From: Mobula hypostoma
Lineage: Eukaryota
DNA length: 64,000 bases
NCBI RefSeq assembly: GCF_963921235.1
Contig: NC_086108.1
Location: 87,236,001-87,300,000, forward strand
Direction: 5' to 3'
Shown here: one piece after another, positions 62,010 to 64,000 of the stretch
How the letters are laid out: every line of letters begins with the position of its first letter
How positions within the stretch are numbered: the first letter of the stretch is position 1
Notes under the pieces: model-generated
What the model was told of the DNA's origin: nothing
The model's input: only the letters and a program-made list of their open reading frames with translations
Databases searched by the model: none
Program-made: the position numbers and the translations under genes

Positions 62010-62885
62010 GATTTGATTTTATTTCGAGATACAGGGCAGAACAGGCCGTTCTGGCACCACCCAGCAATGCATAGATTGAAGCCTCGCCTAGTCACAGGAC
62101 AATTTACATTGACCAATTAACCTACTGTAACTGCACTGGTCCAATGAAATAATGGCCACGCAACATACAGATGTTCTTGAAGATTTATTTTTATTTCTCT
62201 CTCTCTCTTTCTTCAGTAGACACCGTGAAAACTACAAGAAAATAAAGGACATAAAAGTTTGAAACATACGTCTCTCAGTCTTTTAAAGTCTCTCAAGCTA
62301 GTGTCCGTCGATAAACAGGCCCAAACACGTTAGCACATCAGAAGTGTGCTGAAATCAAATAAATCACTAAAACGTATCACACTGTTCATATAAAGGCACC
62401 TCAGCAACATTATATAAACAAATTTTAAAAGAAACAATTACTGTGTGCACCTCTTGGACCACATGCAGAATGAGGTTATTTTAGGGCCATGTGTCTTTCT
62501 CTACTTCCATGTTGGTTCTGACCCATAATACCACAGTCATGCCTTTAGTGAACTCTGGTCATGTGACCCGTTAAACTCTGCATTAAATAAACCTTACATA
62601 AAATATTTTAAGGTGATAAAATAATCATGAATTTATGACAAAAACATATAAAATAAACATCTCAATGAAATATGTCCCTGAGACAGTTACACCTACTAAA
62701 CAGTACATCTTTGGACTGAGGGAGGAAACTGGAGCACCCGGAAGAAACCCATGCACACACAGAAGAACTTTCTTACAGAGGACAACAGAGAATTGAACTC
62801 CGAACTCCAACACCCCAATCTGTAATAGCATCACACTACACTGTAATAGAATCACACTACATCACTACATTATCGTGGTGCCCAG
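62010..62885 (-). mobile_element. V-SINE split by a solo LTR
   Basis: GACCAATTAACCTAC|TAAACAGTACATCTTTGGACTGAGGGAGGAAACTGGAGCACCCGG (V-domain, antisense). Confidence 0.8.
62126..62691 (-). mobile_element. Solo LTR (566 bp), AT-rich
   Basis: 8-bp inverted termini TGTAACTG...CAGTTACA; perfect 5-bp TSD CCTAC. Confidence 0.85.
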
Positions 62886-63139
62886 CCTTGGCAGCATTGT
62901 CACATAGCTGGGTCCTGAAGAAAAACTTGTCTCTGCATAAGCAAATACTTCAGATTTTCCCTTCCAAGTTGTAGCTTGTTCGAAAAGTTGCGCACTGGCA
63001 TGGAATTCCCCATGATGAAGGCATTCATACAAAGGTATCCTACTAAACTGTACGGAAATAAGAATTCGAGGAGCACAAATTCAGTGCAGAGGTAGAAGCA
63101 GGTGGTGAAGAAATAAAACCAAAGGGCATTAGTTACTTG

Positions 63140-64000
63140 TTCGTCCCTCATCGTTGTCGATGAAGACCTTGACACCATTAGTCCCTTTGAGACTGGATGC
63201 AGTGCGTCTGAAGATGACTGGTCAGGCCAATTTGGGCACGAAACGTCCTGGAACATGTTGGATAGACATGTGTAGGCACTGCAGTTGTTGTGCTGGTGGG
63301 TCTGGACTTGTGCAGCTCGCTGTATGTTGTGCTTCAGCAATGCGCCTTGCTTCGTAAGCTTGACAGCCCTTGTGGATGAGGCCGCGTCAGGTAGGGTGGC
63401 TTTGTGTCAGCGTTTCCCAGGTGGTCGTGTCTATGTCAAGGGACTTCAGGGAGGCCTTTAGTGTGTCTTTGTAACGTTTCTTCTGTCCTCCATGCGAGCG
63501 TCTTCCAGCAGAGAGTTCCCCAAAAAGGAGCTGCCTGGGTAGGCGCTTGTCCGGCATGCGGATGACATGATCTGCCCACCGGGTCTGAGCTCTCATCAGC
63601 AGTGTGTGGACTGATAGTAGACTTGCTCTAGAGAGAACTTCAGTGTCTGGTACTTTATCTTGCCATCTGATGCCTAATATTCTGTGAAGACAAGTCATGT
63701 GGAAATGGTTGAGCTGTCTTGCATGCATTCAATACAGTACACAGTCCACGTTTCACAGGCATACAGGAGGGTAGTGAGTACCACGGCTCTGTAGACCTTC
63801 AGTTTTGTTGCAGGACTGATTCCTCGGCGTTCTCACACAGTGGAGCGCAGTCTACGGAAAGTAGAACTCGCCTTTGCTATTCTGCAGTTAACTTCTATAA
63901 CAATAGTCACTGCTCGGGAGAGGGTGCTGCCAAGGTAGGTAAACTGGTCAACTGCCTGTAGTTTCTGTCCTTCAATTGTGATTTCCGGTTCTGCGTACGG
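63140..64000 (-). mobile_element. RTE-clade (BovB-like) LINE 3' portion, runs off the window
   Basis: KVYRAVVLTTLLYACETWTVY, CLHRILGIRWQDKVPDTEVL, HVIRMPDKRLPRQLLFGEL, GGQKKRYKDTLK. Confidence 0.92.

Noticed and set aside
1..64000. Prokaryotic operon, retron, DGR or defence system suggested by many RT ORFs
   Set aside because: All RTs are fragmented eukaryotic non-LTR or Penelope types in low-coding-density vertebrate DNA.

Overview
This is eukaryotic, repeat-dense genomic DNA, almost certainly from a cartilaginous fish and probably a ray. That is inferred from the HE1/V-SINEs, HER1-type CR1 LINEs and SacSINE1-like Deu-domain SINEs. I found no convincing host protein-coding gene, rRNA, true tRNA or CRISPR array, so the window looks intronic or intergenic. 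The long ORFs with recognisable motifs are decayed retrotransposon ORFs or their antisense shadows. Retroelements: CR1 LINEs (four long copies, one reaching the ORF1 SGNH esterase), Rex1/Babar LINEs, two L1-clade 3' ends with TSDs, RTE fragments and bipartite RTE derivatives, at least two Penelope-like (GIY-YIG) families, five solo LTRs all nested in other repeats, and many SINEs. DNA transposons: a hAT derivative, a Tc1-type MITE and a mariner-derived TIR array. The most notable structure is a set of more than ten minimal hammerhead-ribozyme motifs in Penelope terminal repeats. It includes a young 380-bp fold-back element with a 14-bp TSD and an intact hammerhead on each strand (55586-55965). 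Also notable are V-SINEs with two different LINE-type tails and a composite hAT element with a teleost-like intron. Family names come from motif recognition, not database searches. Boundaries without a stated TSD are approximate.
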